This document shows, piece by piece, positions 16,958-26,342 of a stretch of 64,000 bases of DNA. The DNA comes from a virus (Duplodnaviria; Caudoviricetes). The number at the start of each line of letters is the position of its first letter. Position 1 is the first letter of the stretch. Made by a program: the position numbers and the translations under genes. Below the pieces are notes generated by a model. The model did not search any database, had not been told where the DNA came from, and saw only the letters and a list, made by a program, of their open reading frames with translations. The stretch is taken from the IMG/VR virus record IMGVR_UViG_3300046786_000293, positions 274,511-338,510 of that record. One strand, given 5' to 3'.

Positions 16958-18506
16958 TTTGTTCTAATTCATCTAGAGCAGACTCGTCTAATCCGCTGTC
17001 GTCGATGTGATGTTCTTCGGGTTCGACTTGATCAAACAAGGAATTAAACATAGTACCAGCGTTAATAGTTTTCTTACCTACTGCTCCACGAGTACCAATG
17101 ATACTTAACCAATATCTATTGTAGTGTTCGATAAGTTTTTCTGCACGACCACGATCACTAGTAGCAAAGATATCATTAACAATATCTCGGAAGAATGTGC
17201 GATCATAGACTCTAAATCCTTTCTTATCCGATGTAGTTGCAACTAACATCTGCGGATATGAGCCGGCGTCATATTGTCTATTTGCTTCTTGCACCGCATG
17301 AATGTGCGTCCATACGTTATGTCCCATCTGTAAAGTATAACTAAAACTGTCCCAGCTGGTTCGACCTTCTTTACCAATTTTGTTTAAGTCTCCGGGTTTG
17401 TAGTGACAAACATCGTTAACAAGCAATCGTTCACTGACTGGACTTTCTAAGAAAGTATCAAATATCTTGTCTTGCAGTACTGCATCTCTAAATGTACGAG
17501 AATCTGTAGCATACTTTTTATTATCTATGCTAGGTTGCATTTGATAACTCCATTTAGCACGATCCGGAGTAACTACATCATAGTAAATTTGTCCATTAGC
17601 AGTTGCTAAAAATGGACTCGCACAGTCGAAACTAATAGTAAAGTTTTCATTGTGATACTTACGCACCGCACGTTGAACATCGGTAAGCAAAGTTGCCCAT
17701 TCGAGTTTACTTGTGCCTAAGAAATGCATCCAGTCATGTAAGCCTGGTTCTAGCAATCCATCGAATCGTAACGCCACAAGTCTACGCAATAGCAAGTGAA
17801 CATCACACATATTTTGTCCACCCATAGCCCAACCTTCGAATGGCTGTGCGTATTGCTTAGGATCGCAGTATTTTTTCATACGTTCATACCAATCGTCAGC
17901 ATCAGTGTGATTTTCACCTTGTAGAACGTTTAAGAACTTGCAACGACCAGTTCGTTTACGCATGAAGTATTCATTATTAATATATGTAGCGTCGACTGCT
18001 TCCTGATATGTGCTAATACCAGTAGCACGTTGACCTGCAGGACTACGTGCAACCCACGCAGGAATATCCAAAATCATACCTCGATCCATATAAGCATCCA
18101 TCCATGCAAGAACTTGTTCACGTTTCTTTTGTGCTTTTGGACAATTAGGATCTTTCCAGTCGCCTTCCCATACACCCTTACCAATTTGAAATCCGCCCGA
18201 GTCCCCTAGTACAAAACTATTAGGATCACGATTGCGAACCATATCTTCCTTGGCATCAAACTTGTTTACATCTAAATTGGCATGACCTGCACTATACAAT
18301 GCCCATTTATAAGGGAAATAGGCTTCTTTAGGATTAAGCCAATTAAGTCCTTCCATGCCATTTTCGAACTTAGCTGGCATACGTTGGGCATCTACGTAAT
18401 TGGGGTCGTGCCGTTGCTTGCCTACGTAGGTTGCATAGAACCCGCTTAACGCTGGCAAGAACACAGCATAGTCATTTTGTTTGCTGGTTAAATTATCAAT
18501 TCTCAT
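16950..18506 (-). CDS. dpdA: DpdA-like 7-deazaguanine DNA transglycosylase (TGT superfamily)
   Basis: GDSGGFQ, MILDIP, NVLQG, WAMGG, MHFLG, SFDCASP and HN TGT motifs; next to folE/queD/queE. Confidence 0.8.
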   Translation of the reverse strand: MRIDNLTSKQNDYAVFLPALSGFYATYVGKQRHDPNYVDAQRMPAKFENGMEGLNWLNPKEAYFPYKWALYSAGHANLDVNKFDAKEDMVRNRDPNSFVLGDSGGFQIGKGVWEGDWKDPNCPKAQKKREQVLAWMDAYMDRGMILDIPAWVARSPAGQRATGISTYQEAVDATYINNEYFMRKRTGRCKFLNVLQGENHTDADDWYERMKKYCDPKQYAQPFEGWAMGGQNMCDVHLLLRRLVALRFDGLLEPGLHDWMHFLGTSKLEWATLLTDVQRAVRKYHNENFTISFDCASPFLATANGQIYYDVVTPDRAKWSYQMQPSIDNKKYATDSRTFRDAVLQDKIFDTFLESPVSERLLVNDVCHYKPGDLNKIGKEGRTSWDSFSYTLQMGHNVWTHIHAVQEANRQYDAGSYPQMLVATTSDKKGFRVYDRTFFRDIVNDIFATSDRGRAEKLIEHYNRYWLSIIGTRGAVGKKTINAGTMFNSLFDQVEPEEHHIDDSGLDESALDELEQNV

Positions 18507-19155
18507 ATTGTATTGAATTAATTAAGTCGTAGTCTTTTTTATAGTAAGATTTTATTTTTTCTACGGCGCTGATATTATTATTTAGATTTTTTAAAAGTTC
18601 TTCTTTAAAAAACTTATGACTATAGTCCAACTGGGAATTGTTCAGTAGTCCTATATCTATAAAAGGAGTATTATTTTCGGAGAATTTTTCTATTAGAGTT
18701 TTGTTTAACCAACCTCGAATATTATCCTTGGCATTTAAAAAAACACAATCATTTGTATCTATCCCGTTTAGGTAATAAGATTGCAGTTCAGTATGGTCGT
18801 CAAATACCACTTTGTCGACTAGTAATTCGAAAATGTCTTTAGTTATACTTTTAATGGTATCGCCGTGATACATGCTCAAATATTGAACCATACCCGAGAT
18901 CCAACGTTGATAAGGATCGCGAAGTATTACTAATACTTTTTGATTTCTGTTGGGTTTGTATATTTCTTGGTAATAGGCACTGGACCACCCCATGTTCCTA
19001 AGCCCGTCAGTTACAAAAGAACTGGCGTTCTTTGGTATTACAACGTATAAAAATCTTTCAACGCCTGGGCGATGATTGGCTAAACAAAAACCAGCAGTAG
19101 GACCAAATCTGTCATCCCGCTGCCAGTATTTGTTAAAGTCAAAATCAATCAGCAT
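18496..19155 (-). CDS. sulfotransferase-family-2-like protein
   Basis: IPKNASS (5'-PSB-like) and LRDPYQRWISG (3'-PB-like). Confidence 0.6.
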   Translation of the reverse strand: MLIDFDFNKYWQRDDRFGPTAGFCLANHRPGVERFLYVVIPKNASSFVTDGLRNMGWSSAYYQEIYKPNRNQKVLVILRDPYQRWISGMVQYLSMYHGDTIKSITKDIFELLVDKVVFDDHTELQSYYLNGIDTNDCVFLNAKDNIRGWLNKTLIEKFSENNTPFIDIGLLNNSQLDYSHKFFKEELLKNLNNNISAVEKIKSYYKKDYDLINSIQYEN

Positions 19156-19886
19156 TACTTAGTTTGTGCAGGTAAGATATAGTTGTAGTCAGCAATACCG
19201 CTGTCTACAGTAATCATTGCGGCACCTTCGTCACTGATTTTAAATGTCTTGTCTCCAGGCAAACTTAAAATACTGATGACAACTCCTACAGGCCATGCCC
19301 ACGCTTTAGTAAGATTTCCACTAACACCAGTTTGAAACACAAAGTTACCAGCATGGCTACTATGATCCCCGAAGAAGAATTTCAATTCCCCGTTTTCTGT
19401 TTTAGCAATAAATGTGTTTTCTTCGCTATTGGCACTAGCTTGGAAACGTAGACGTTGAATACTAGCATTTGTTGGCACAATATCAACACTCCACTTAACG
19501 CCTTTGAACTTAACAGTCTTGAGTTTGTCGTTAACAATCTCTGCACTCATAAAACGATAGTCGTTCTTAAAATCGCCTGCTTTGTTTTCAAAGTGTACAC
19601 CGACTGGAATCTTATCTCCGTTTTTGTCTTGTTTGTTAACAGTAATGCTGGCATCTTCTTTATATTCTGGAATATTAAGAATAGTGTTTAGTTTGCTCAG
19701 GTTAGGCATGCCAAATGTGCCCACAAACTCTCCTACGACGCCTTTAAATTTGGCTTGTAAAATAACGCTACGATCTTCAGCAATTGCTTCTAGCGCAGTT
19801 TCATTTTCTGTACCTGTAATTTTAACTAGGTCGATTACGCCTAGATTATGTGTATGCTGTACAATGTCTAATAGATGGTCTTTCAT
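19155..19886 (-). CDS. probable sliding clamp / DNA polymerase processivity factor
   Basis: 243 aa with a two-domain alpha/beta pattern ending YNYILPA; near the DNA polymerase; RBS GGAG. Confidence 0.55.
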   Translation of the reverse strand: MKDHLLDIVQHTHNLGVIDLVKITGTENETALEAIAEDRSVILQAKFKGVVGEFVGTFGMPNLSKLNTILNIPEYKEDASITVNKQDKNGDKIPVGVHFENKAGDFKNDYRFMSAEIVNDKLKTVKFKGVKWSVDIVPTNASIQRLRFQASANSEENTFIAKTENGELKFFFGDHSSHAGNFVFQTGVSGNLTKAWAWPVGVVISILSLPGDKTFKISDEGAAMITVDSGIADYNYILPAQTK

Positions 19887-19906
19887 AAGTTCTCCGATTA
19901 ATAGTG

Positions 19907-19935
19907 ATTTTATATGTTTTATTTAGAAAAATCAA
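19907..19935 (-). promoter_or_regulatory. sigma70-type promoter with a nested TAAATA box
   Basis: TTGATT, 17 nt spacer, TAAAAT; TAAATA at 19925-19920 lies in the spacer. Confidence 0.55.
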
Positions 19936-20876
19936 CGGCTATAGTTTTTTATTTCACCTAATGCCTGATGAGTTTTTACCGTTTTTAGTGCCCCAGGTTT
20001 TTTAATACAAACCCAAGATTCGTTTTCTATAGTGTTTATTTCTATCTCAAATCCAAGTTCTGTACATATAGATAAAATAAGTTCGTCGGTCATCCAACTT
20101 TTATTTCCTATCTCTGCAAAATTTACACCTATCACGGTATTGCAATTATTATAAGAAAATAACATTCTGCCCCCGGGTCTTAGTATTTTAAAACAAGATT
20201 CTAAATATTGTTTAGTTTGCTGTGCAGGAAAATAATCGAATACATTCCAACTAAAAATAAATCCGAATTGATTTTGGGGAAGTTTATCTAAATTATATGG
20301 GTCGCTAAAATCTAATAGGTACTGTCTTAATCTTCTACGATACTGTTCTGGAAATTTAATAGATGTAGAATCTAAAAACTCTTGATGTATATCTACTAGA
20401 TATAACGGATCACTGGCAACTAACAGAGGAGTCCACTCTCCATCTCCGGGTCCTATTTCTAAACAAGCATAACTAGGATTGGTATATTTTTGTATAACCG
20501 ACAGAACTTTTTGTTTTGACGAATCTGATGGAATAGTAATTCTATTAGATCTTTCCAGCTCATAAGTAGTACAAGCTGAATATTGATTACCGTTATCTGT
20601 AGTATAACCTTCAGTATCCCATGTATTGATTTTTCTGTCAATGTCCTGTTTAATTTTACTGTTCAGATCATTGAGCAAGGATTTAGTATGACTTAAGACA
20701 TTTTTTAGATCATTTAAATCTTGGTTTAATTTTTCAACAAATTCAGTGTACTCGGGGTCGCAGGTTACAACTACGTTTACTAAAGAACTTATATATTTTT
20801 CGTATTCGGCAATAAGACGACTATCGTTAATAACGGATATTTGATTTTTGTTTTTAACTAAGTTAACTAATTTCAT
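19932..20876 (-). CDS. class I SAM-dependent methyltransferase with an N-terminal coiled coil
   Basis: CLEIGPGDG, LVDI, FSWNVFDY, ILRPGG. Confidence 0.8.
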   Translation of the reverse strand: MKLVNLVKNKNQISVINDSRLIAEYEKYISSLVNVVVTCDPEYTEFVEKLNQDLNDLKNVLSHTKSLLNDLNSKIKQDIDRKINTWDTEGYTTDNGNQYSACTTYELERSNRITIPSDSSKQKVLSVIQKYTNPSYACLEIGPGDGEWTPLLVASDPLYLVDIHQEFLDSTSIKFPEQYRRRLRQYLLDFSDPYNLDKLPQNQFGFIFSWNVFDYFPAQQTKQYLESCFKILRPGGRMLFSYNNCNTVIGVNFAEIGNKSWMTDELILSICTELGFEIEINTIENESWVCIKKPGALKTVKTHQALGEIKNYSR

Positions 20877-20877
20877 A

Positions 20878-23559
20878 TTATTCCCAACTAAACAAAGAAT
20901 CAAATGTTGTTTTAATATCGGTACTTTCGGCTATTTTCCACTCAAGTACCCCTAACAAGTTCTCTACCTTTTGATCTACGATGCCAGCTTCCATTAAATC
21001 TTGATCGAATGGCAAATCTTTGAACCATTGTGGTATATGTGTTTCGTCTGTAGGATAACCTACAGATGTATAACCTAATGGATTATCTCGTAGTTTACAC
21101 ACAATAGTTTTCATACCGTCAACGATCTGCATACTGTAATTGTCGCTATGCATACGGCGTAGACTGTTCCAGTTCATTGCCGCACGAACGTGTCCGGGCA
21201 TATTAGCTTTGCCTAGCCGTTGTTCGTCAGCAGTATACTTGGTCAAATTATTAACACGCTTAGGTGTGCCCTTTTCCCATGCAGGTCTCTTTTGAAACTC
21301 TAGTTTAAAGTTGCGTACCTTCTCGATAACACTTTCACGTTCTGCACCTGTTAGTACATCTAATAGAATCTCACTTAAAAAGTCCTGTACAACCTTTGGA
21401 GTATCACTGCGCTTCAAGTCCAAGCCCATAGCTTTTACTTTACCTGGTTTGCCACCGATATCTTGACGTTTTCCTTCTTTGTCAATAATAAGAACCGCAT
21501 AACGTTTCTTTTTAATAAACAATCCCTTACTGGCAACAAGCTCTCGGCCGCCTTTGATAATAGCACCATTTTGTCGGGGACAATGAAATGCCTTTTCCAT
21601 AAATCCTGGGAACGATTCATTTACTTGATCTGCAATAGTATCATAGAGTTGAATACAAGTGTCATTATTCCATTCCATGCGACCTGCTTCAATATCTGCT
21701 TTGAGTGCAGGATAAGCACTAAAATAAACAGAGTCAGTATCACCATAGATAATTGCATCGCCCACATGATCATATGTACCATGAATACATTCGTTAACAA
21801 AACTATCCATATGCTTGGCAATACTGCGGCCAGTTAGTGTAGTCGATTGACCAATTCTGTGATCAAAGAAACGACAGCCTGGATTTAGAATAGCACCATA
21901 CAAACTGTTCAAGTTAATCTTTTTAACTAACTGACGTTTATCCCAATATTCCTGATCCTCGGGAGTTGTGGACTCTTTAAGTTTGGCCTGCATCTGCTTA
22001 CGTTCAGCATACCAACGTTCCAACAAGCCTGGAACAATACCTTTACGTTCATTGGTAAAGATAGTACCGTTGGCACTCAATACCCACGATTTGTTGCTAT
22101 CGAATATAATACGCCAAACATCTGCGGCGCTGACTACATCGCTAGTACCATCTGCTTCCCAGTCGATAGTAATCTCTGTTCCTACATCTCCACGCATTAC
22201 TGCCTCATATTCTAAACTGGCAAACAAACCTTCCCACGCCGCGGCAAAACTCATACCTTGTGCCATACGGTCGGCAATGAGTTTGTCAGTCATTATAGGT
22301 CTTAGTTGTCCGACAATTGTTTCTGGTCCCATGTTAAGGGCACGAATAGCCGAGGGATAGAGTGAGTTAATGTCAATGGCTCCAATGTCTCTGTGCATTC
22401 CTTTTTTGGGATGAGCAACGTAGGCACCTGCGGCCTGCGTTTCGCTGGGCCCGTCATCGTCTGTGGGCTCGATTCTTGCTTTGCGGTTAGGTACGACCAA
22501 TCCTTGACTGTGTGCTTCATTGATAATTGCCTGTTCAGTGGTTGCTACGGCCCCCATTGTTGTCTGCAATAACACCGTGTTATCGTGAGCAATGGTATTT
22601 GCCAAATCTAAGAAACGAAGTTTCTTATCCAGTTTCGCAATCAAGCGAGTATCTTGTCTGTTGTATTCTAAGAACTTTTCGAAGTCTTTGTTATACAGTT
22701 GATCCAATGTACCTTCATAAGGAGTCTTGCGCTCGTCTAGTTCGTATTCCCCGATGGCATCCAAACTATAACTGTGACGTTCTTCATAGGTATACTTACG
22801 ATACAGTTGCATATAGTCCATATGGACACGACCAATCAAGTCGAATGTAATGTTTGTTGCACCATATCGTGCAAACTCACGCTGTTTAGGAAACTGTCCC
22901 CACAAGCACAAACGACGAGTGTCGTCTTTACTTAGTACCCGGGTAATACGTCCAATAGTATACGGAATATCGTAGCCTTCACTATTCCAGCCAGTTACAA
23001 TATCTGCATCATCAATTAAATTTAAGAATGTATCTAATAGATCTTCTTCCCGTTCAAAAATATAGCAGTCAGTATGTTTACGTGAAATTTCCTCCGCAGT
23101 TTCCCACGACATCGACTTTGGGGGGATAGCCAAGGTGACCAGTTTATCCAGCCAGTCTAAGTATACCGAAATAGCAGTAATATTATTAAATGGATCGGTG
23201 GTAGGAGCGAATCCTTTGACAGGGTCAAAGTTCGCCTCGATGTCGAAAAATGCTGTTTGTAACCGAGGCGGTTCTGCACCGAGATAGTTTTCTTCGAGAC
23301 AGCGAAATACTGGCTTAAAGTCACTTTCCCACAGTCTTTTGTTACCCTGGATACGAATCTCTTTCTGAAATTCTTTGCCGTTGCGAGTGGCAAATCTTGA
23401 AACGGGAGTTCCATAGATAGTGCGATGTTTGCCCTTGGGGTCATCGTAATAGAATATGTAATTGGCAGGATATTCCTTATATTCTCTAATGCCGTTTACA
23501 CGTTCTACAACATGAATACGATCACGTTGCTTGTCAAATAGTGCGTCTACGTAACTCAA
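20878..23559 (-). CDS. polB: family B DNA polymerase (T4 gp43-like)
   Basis: Exonuclease FFDIEA, GWNSEGYDIPY, YNRQD; polymerase DINSLYPS, KINLNSLYG, YGDTDS, KKRYA. Confidence 0.97.
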   Translation of the reverse strand: MSYVDALFDKQRDRIHVVERVNGIREYKEYPANYIFYYDDPKGKHRTIYGTPVSRFATRNGKEFQKEIRIQGNKRLWESDFKPVFRCLEENYLGAEPPRLQTAFFDIEANFDPVKGFAPTTDPFNNITAISVYLDWLDKLVTLAIPPKSMSWETAEEISRKHTDCYIFEREEDLLDTFLNLIDDADIVTGWNSEGYDIPYTIGRITRVLSKDDTRRLCLWGQFPKQREFARYGATNITFDLIGRVHMDYMQLYRKYTYEERHSYSLDAIGEYELDERKTPYEGTLDQLYNKDFEKFLEYNRQDTRLIAKLDKKLRFLDLANTIAHDNTVLLQTTMGAVATTEQAIINEAHSQGLVVPNRKARIEPTDDDGPSETQAAGAYVAHPKKGMHRDIGAIDINSLYPSAIRALNMGPETIVGQLRPIMTDKLIADRMAQGMSFAAAWEGLFASLEYEAVMRGDVGTEITIDWEADGTSDVVSAADVWRIIFDSNKSWVLSANGTIFTNERKGIVPGLLERWYAERKQMQAKLKESTTPEDQEYWDKRQLVKKINLNSLYGAILNPGCRFFDHRIGQSTTLTGRSIAKHMDSFVNECIHGTYDHVGDAIIYGDTDSVYFSAYPALKADIEAGRMEWNNDTCIQLYDTIADQVNESFPGFMEKAFHCPRQNGAIIKGGRELVASKGLFIKKKRYAVLIIDKEGKRQDIGGKPGKVKAMGLDLKRSDTPKVVQDFLSEILLDVLTGAERESVIEKVRNFKLEFQKRPAWEKGTPKRVNNLTKYTADEQRLGKANMPGHVRAAMNWNSLRRMHSDNYSMQIVDGMKTIVCKLRDNPLGYTSVGYPTDETHIPQWFKDLPFDQDLMEAGIVDQKVENLLGVLEWKIAESTDIKTTFDSLFSWE

Positions 23560-23846
23560 TTAATTAACATCCTTGCTAGTGCTACACTATCAATTGTAAC
23601 AAGTAATAGATAATTTGCAAGCATTCCGGAACTTCGACGAGTCCACGCTGCCCAACCAAATATAGCACATTGTAAAATAAAAAGGGGATAAAGAATTAAA
23701 AATGGTGGAGTGGGAACGGTAAGCATCATAGTAAAGCTACATGCAATACTCAATACCCATGCCACAATTTCTAAAAAACATCTGACGGGATTTGATTTCC
23801 AATCTTGTTTAATCCAATCTAATGTACCTATTAGGATATCGTTCAC
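23556..23846 (-). CDS. small multi-pass membrane protein
   Basis: About three hydrophobic segments in 96 aa. Confidence 0.65.
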   Translation of the reverse strand: MNDILIGTLDWIKQDWKSNPVRCFLEIVAWVLSIACSFTMMLTVPTPPFLILYPLFILQCAIFGWAAWTRRSSGMLANYLLLVTIDSVALARMLIN

Positions 23847-24109
23847 AGAGTCTTGCCAACAGTTTCTAAGATAGTGTTAAGTTCGTCGTGATCTCGATTG
23901 GTTTCGCCCAGTTTAGCTTTGTGAGCAATTTTGATTGCTTTTTTCAAGGTACCTGATTTAATTTCAAGTTCTTCTGCTACGGCTTTGATAGTATCATTGA
24001 GGCCTGCGTTTAGGTCTTCGACTTCTTGAAGAACTTGCATGCCTTCATTGATAAGTTGAGTAAGTTTAATTTTGGCGTCGCCGTTGAAACTACGATTGTA
24101 ATCTGACAT
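23843..24109 (-). CDS. small helical dsDNA-binding protein (T4 DsbA/GapR-like)
   Basis: Size and amphipathic helical pattern (LTQLINEG..LNDTIKAVAEELEIK..LKKAIKIAHK); lies upstream of the polymerase. Confidence 0.45.
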   Translation of the reverse strand: MSDYNRSFNGDAKIKLTQLINEGMQVLQEVEDLNAGLNDTIKAVAEELEIKSGTLKKAIKIAHKAKLGETNRDHDELNTILETVGKTL

Positions 24110-24120
24110 ATTTTCTCCTA

Positions 24121-25251
24121 TTAGTTGCTAGATAAACTTGTTCCATGATTATTATACACTTTTTCAACCGACAATTGCAATACTTTCATTGCTCGTTGTG
24201 GCCAGTGTTCGGGCACTTTATTTTGATCAGTCATATGAATACCAAAATGGTTCCATGGGAAATTAATTTGTGTTTTGTCCAAATAGTGCTGATCCCTTGC
24301 TATGTTCATTACGTTATGGTCTATATTGGGTGCGACAATAATTTCTTTAATGTAAGGTTTCCAAAACGCCGGCAAGTCTTCTAAAGTGAATTTATAGTCT
24401 GCACCGTTAACAGGATCTACAGAGTATAAATTGCTAGCCATAGGATTAATGTTTACACAGTCAGGATCTCTGTCGTCAAAGCCATATCGAATAGTCATTC
24501 CGTCAAAAAAATGGGGAGGTAATTCAACAGGCGGACAAACTTCCGCTCCAATTTCACAGCACCAATAGCCGTCGTAGTGTCTGAACTGTTCGTTGATTGC
24601 ACTATAAATTTTGTTGCGAGGCTGTGCTACTCTATTCCAATCTTCAAATCTAAAAAACTTATTTTCGGGACGTTGTTGTTTAATGTACCAGTATAAAAAT
24701 TGTTTTTTAATTACACGTATACTATCATTGTTTACTTGTTCGTATACTGTGAATTTTCCATCTGCTGTTAGATAACCACCGAATACATAACTTGTCCTAA
24801 CATGTTCGGGATAGTGGCTAGTCATTAATACTGCGGCTGGATTCGGATCATTTAAAATAGTTTTAAGTCCATCTTCAAATAATTCTGTATTGCTGTCCAT
24901 GAAGATATGATCTTCGTTGGCATTAAAGAAGACTAAGTCATCGGGAATAGTATCAATTAGTTGCGCTATTTCCATCCATTGGTTCATATAATCACAACGA
25001 TGCCAATAGATAATAACTTTATCTTCGGTTAACTTAGATTTTATCCATTCTTCCATTTCCTGTTCTCTACCCGTAAACTCAGCTAGGTCCAAACAAAAAA
25101 TATATTTGGATACTAAATGATCTAAAGGCGCAAGGCTTGCAAAACTGTACTTGGCGATATCGAACCGACAGTCGGTGCGTAATGTATATCTTTTATTTAA
25201 ATGGGGGTGTAGACGAACGTCTGTGATTTTACAATTAAACCAAACTATCAT
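24121..25251 (-). CDS. hypothetical protein, possibly GT-A glycosyltransferase-like
   Basis: FFNANEDHIF resembles a DxH/DxD motif after a beta strand; weak support. Confidence 0.45.
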   Translation of the reverse strand: MIVWFNCKITDVRLHPHLNKRYTLRTDCRFDIAKYSFASLAPLDHLVSKYIFCLDLAEFTGREQEMEEWIKSKLTEDKVIIYWHRCDYMNQWMEIAQLIDTIPDDLVFFNANEDHIFMDSNTELFEDGLKTILNDPNPAAVLMTSHYPEHVRTSYVFGGYLTADGKFTVYEQVNNDSIRVIKKQFLYWYIKQQRPENKFFRFEDWNRVAQPRNKIYSAINEQFRHYDGYWCCEIGAEVCPPVELPPHFFDGMTIRYGFDDRDPDCVNINPMASNLYSVDPVNGADYKFTLEDLPAFWKPYIKEIIVAPNIDHNVMNIARDQHYLDKTQINFPWNHFGIHMTDQNKVPEHWPQRAMKVLQLSVEKVYNNHGTSLSSN

Positions 25252-25265
25252 AATATTATTGAAAA

Positions 25266-25345
25266 GTGCTCACTCTAGAGTATACAGTAGCGAATTGTAT
25301 ATGTCAAGGCAGCAGCCGCCTACCCGGTCCTAAGGCACAGGTCTA
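25266..25345 (-). ncRNA. candidate structured RNA (three hairpins plus a pseudoknot)
   Basis: ACCUG/CGGGU, GGCGG/CUGCC and UAUACA/UGUAUA stems; loop UUCGCU can pair with downstream AGUGAG; starts just after TAAATA at 25357-25352. Confidence 0.35.
25279..25307 (-). promoter_or_regulatory. sigma70-type promoter
   Basis: TTGACA (25307-25302), 17 nt spacer, TATACT (25284-25279). Confidence 0.65.
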
Positions 25346-25346
25346 G

Positions 25347-26342
25347 TTAAGTATTTAGTAGATTGTAATCGGTCAATCGAGAGACCAAATTTGCTCTAAA
25401 TGAATCTGACAAAAAGTATTCTCTATTATACTCTATTTCTTTAATTTTGGCAGCGAATAAATCTGCCAGATTATTGTAAATTTTATCTAATAGCTCTAAC
25501 ATACAATCTATTCTAACCATCATATCGCTATGTGATTCGTAAGCATGATTATCTAGTATATCGTCGAAGCATTCAAACCCCAATGATCGCAATGTGTCTA
25601 GACTATTCTTGCCGTTTACTGAAAGAAACAATTGGCCTGCGGCTAATGGCTTACAAGTTTTTTCACTAAAGAACGTATATGTATATGCAGACTCTGTGAT
25701 TAAATTTAAATAGCAATCTGCAAATGCCGGGTGATAAAATGAATGATCGTTGTCCCAGTGATTATCGCCAGGCACACATTCTTTATACATTTGTGTTTTT
25801 GATATTTTATCGCATACTTCTAAAGGCAAATGATTTACACCCAATTGAAACGCAGTTAACTCTTGTCCATTGTAGGGATTTTTAAAACCATAACAACTTA
25901 CTAAGTTATTTTTGTCTAATTCTTTTTCCAATAGTCGATATACCAAATACAGTCTATGTGGTGCGGGATATCTATTTAAACTACTAAAATTATATTTTCT
26001 ATTAGACGATATAGTGTAATCATGCTTAGAATATTCTAGACTAGATGCATATAGCCATCCGGGAAAAAATATAATGCGGTCTTCTTGATAAGTTGCATCA
26101 GCAGTTAGATAATAAACATCTGCGCCTATTTGTTGATCTAATATATTTTTTACATCTATTAGATTTGGCGGTTGAACGCTACGATCATGATCTTTGGTAA
26201 AATCTAAAATGACTGGACCATTGATCTTATTAAGAATATCTTTGTGATTTAAGTTATTGGATTGATCGAAGAGTTGTTGTGTTTGAAAATCAAAAATTAC
26301 CGGTATGCATGTATACCGGTAATCGGGGCGCCTAAAAATCAT
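25347..26342 (-). CDS. glycosyltransferase-like protein (GT-B, GT10/exostosin-like)
   Basis: FSSLNRYPAPHR...LNLITES...FFSEKTCKPL pattern. Confidence 0.5.
   Translation of the reverse strand: MIFRRPDYRYTCIPVIFDFQTQQLFDQSNNLNHKDILNKINGPVILDFTKDHDRSVQPPNLIDVKNILDQQIGADVYYLTADATYQEDRIIFFPGWLYASSLEYSKHDYTISSNRKYNFSSLNRYPAPHRLYLVYRLLEKELDKNNLVSCYGFKNPYNGQELTAFQLGVNHLPLEVCDKISKTQMYKECVPGDNHWDNDHSFYHPAFADCYLNLITESAYTYTFFSEKTCKPLAAGQLFLSVNGKNSLDTLRSLGFECFDDILDNHAYESHSDMMVRIDCMLELLDKIYNNLADLFAAKIKEIEYNREYFLSDSFRANLVSRLTDYNLLNT

Noticed and set aside
16950-18506. Ordinary tRNA-guanine transglycosylase (tgt)
   Set aside because: It is much longer and more divergent than bacterial Tgt, lacks the CxCxxC zinc motif, and sits in a phage folE/queD/queE context typical of DNA-acting DpdA; a tRNA target is not formally excluded.
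25300-25350. Twister ribozyme on the plus strand (GGUCCUAAG resembles the twister L4 loop)
   Set aside because: The U-A cleavage-site strand and the downstream GAGGG pseudoknot partner are missing.
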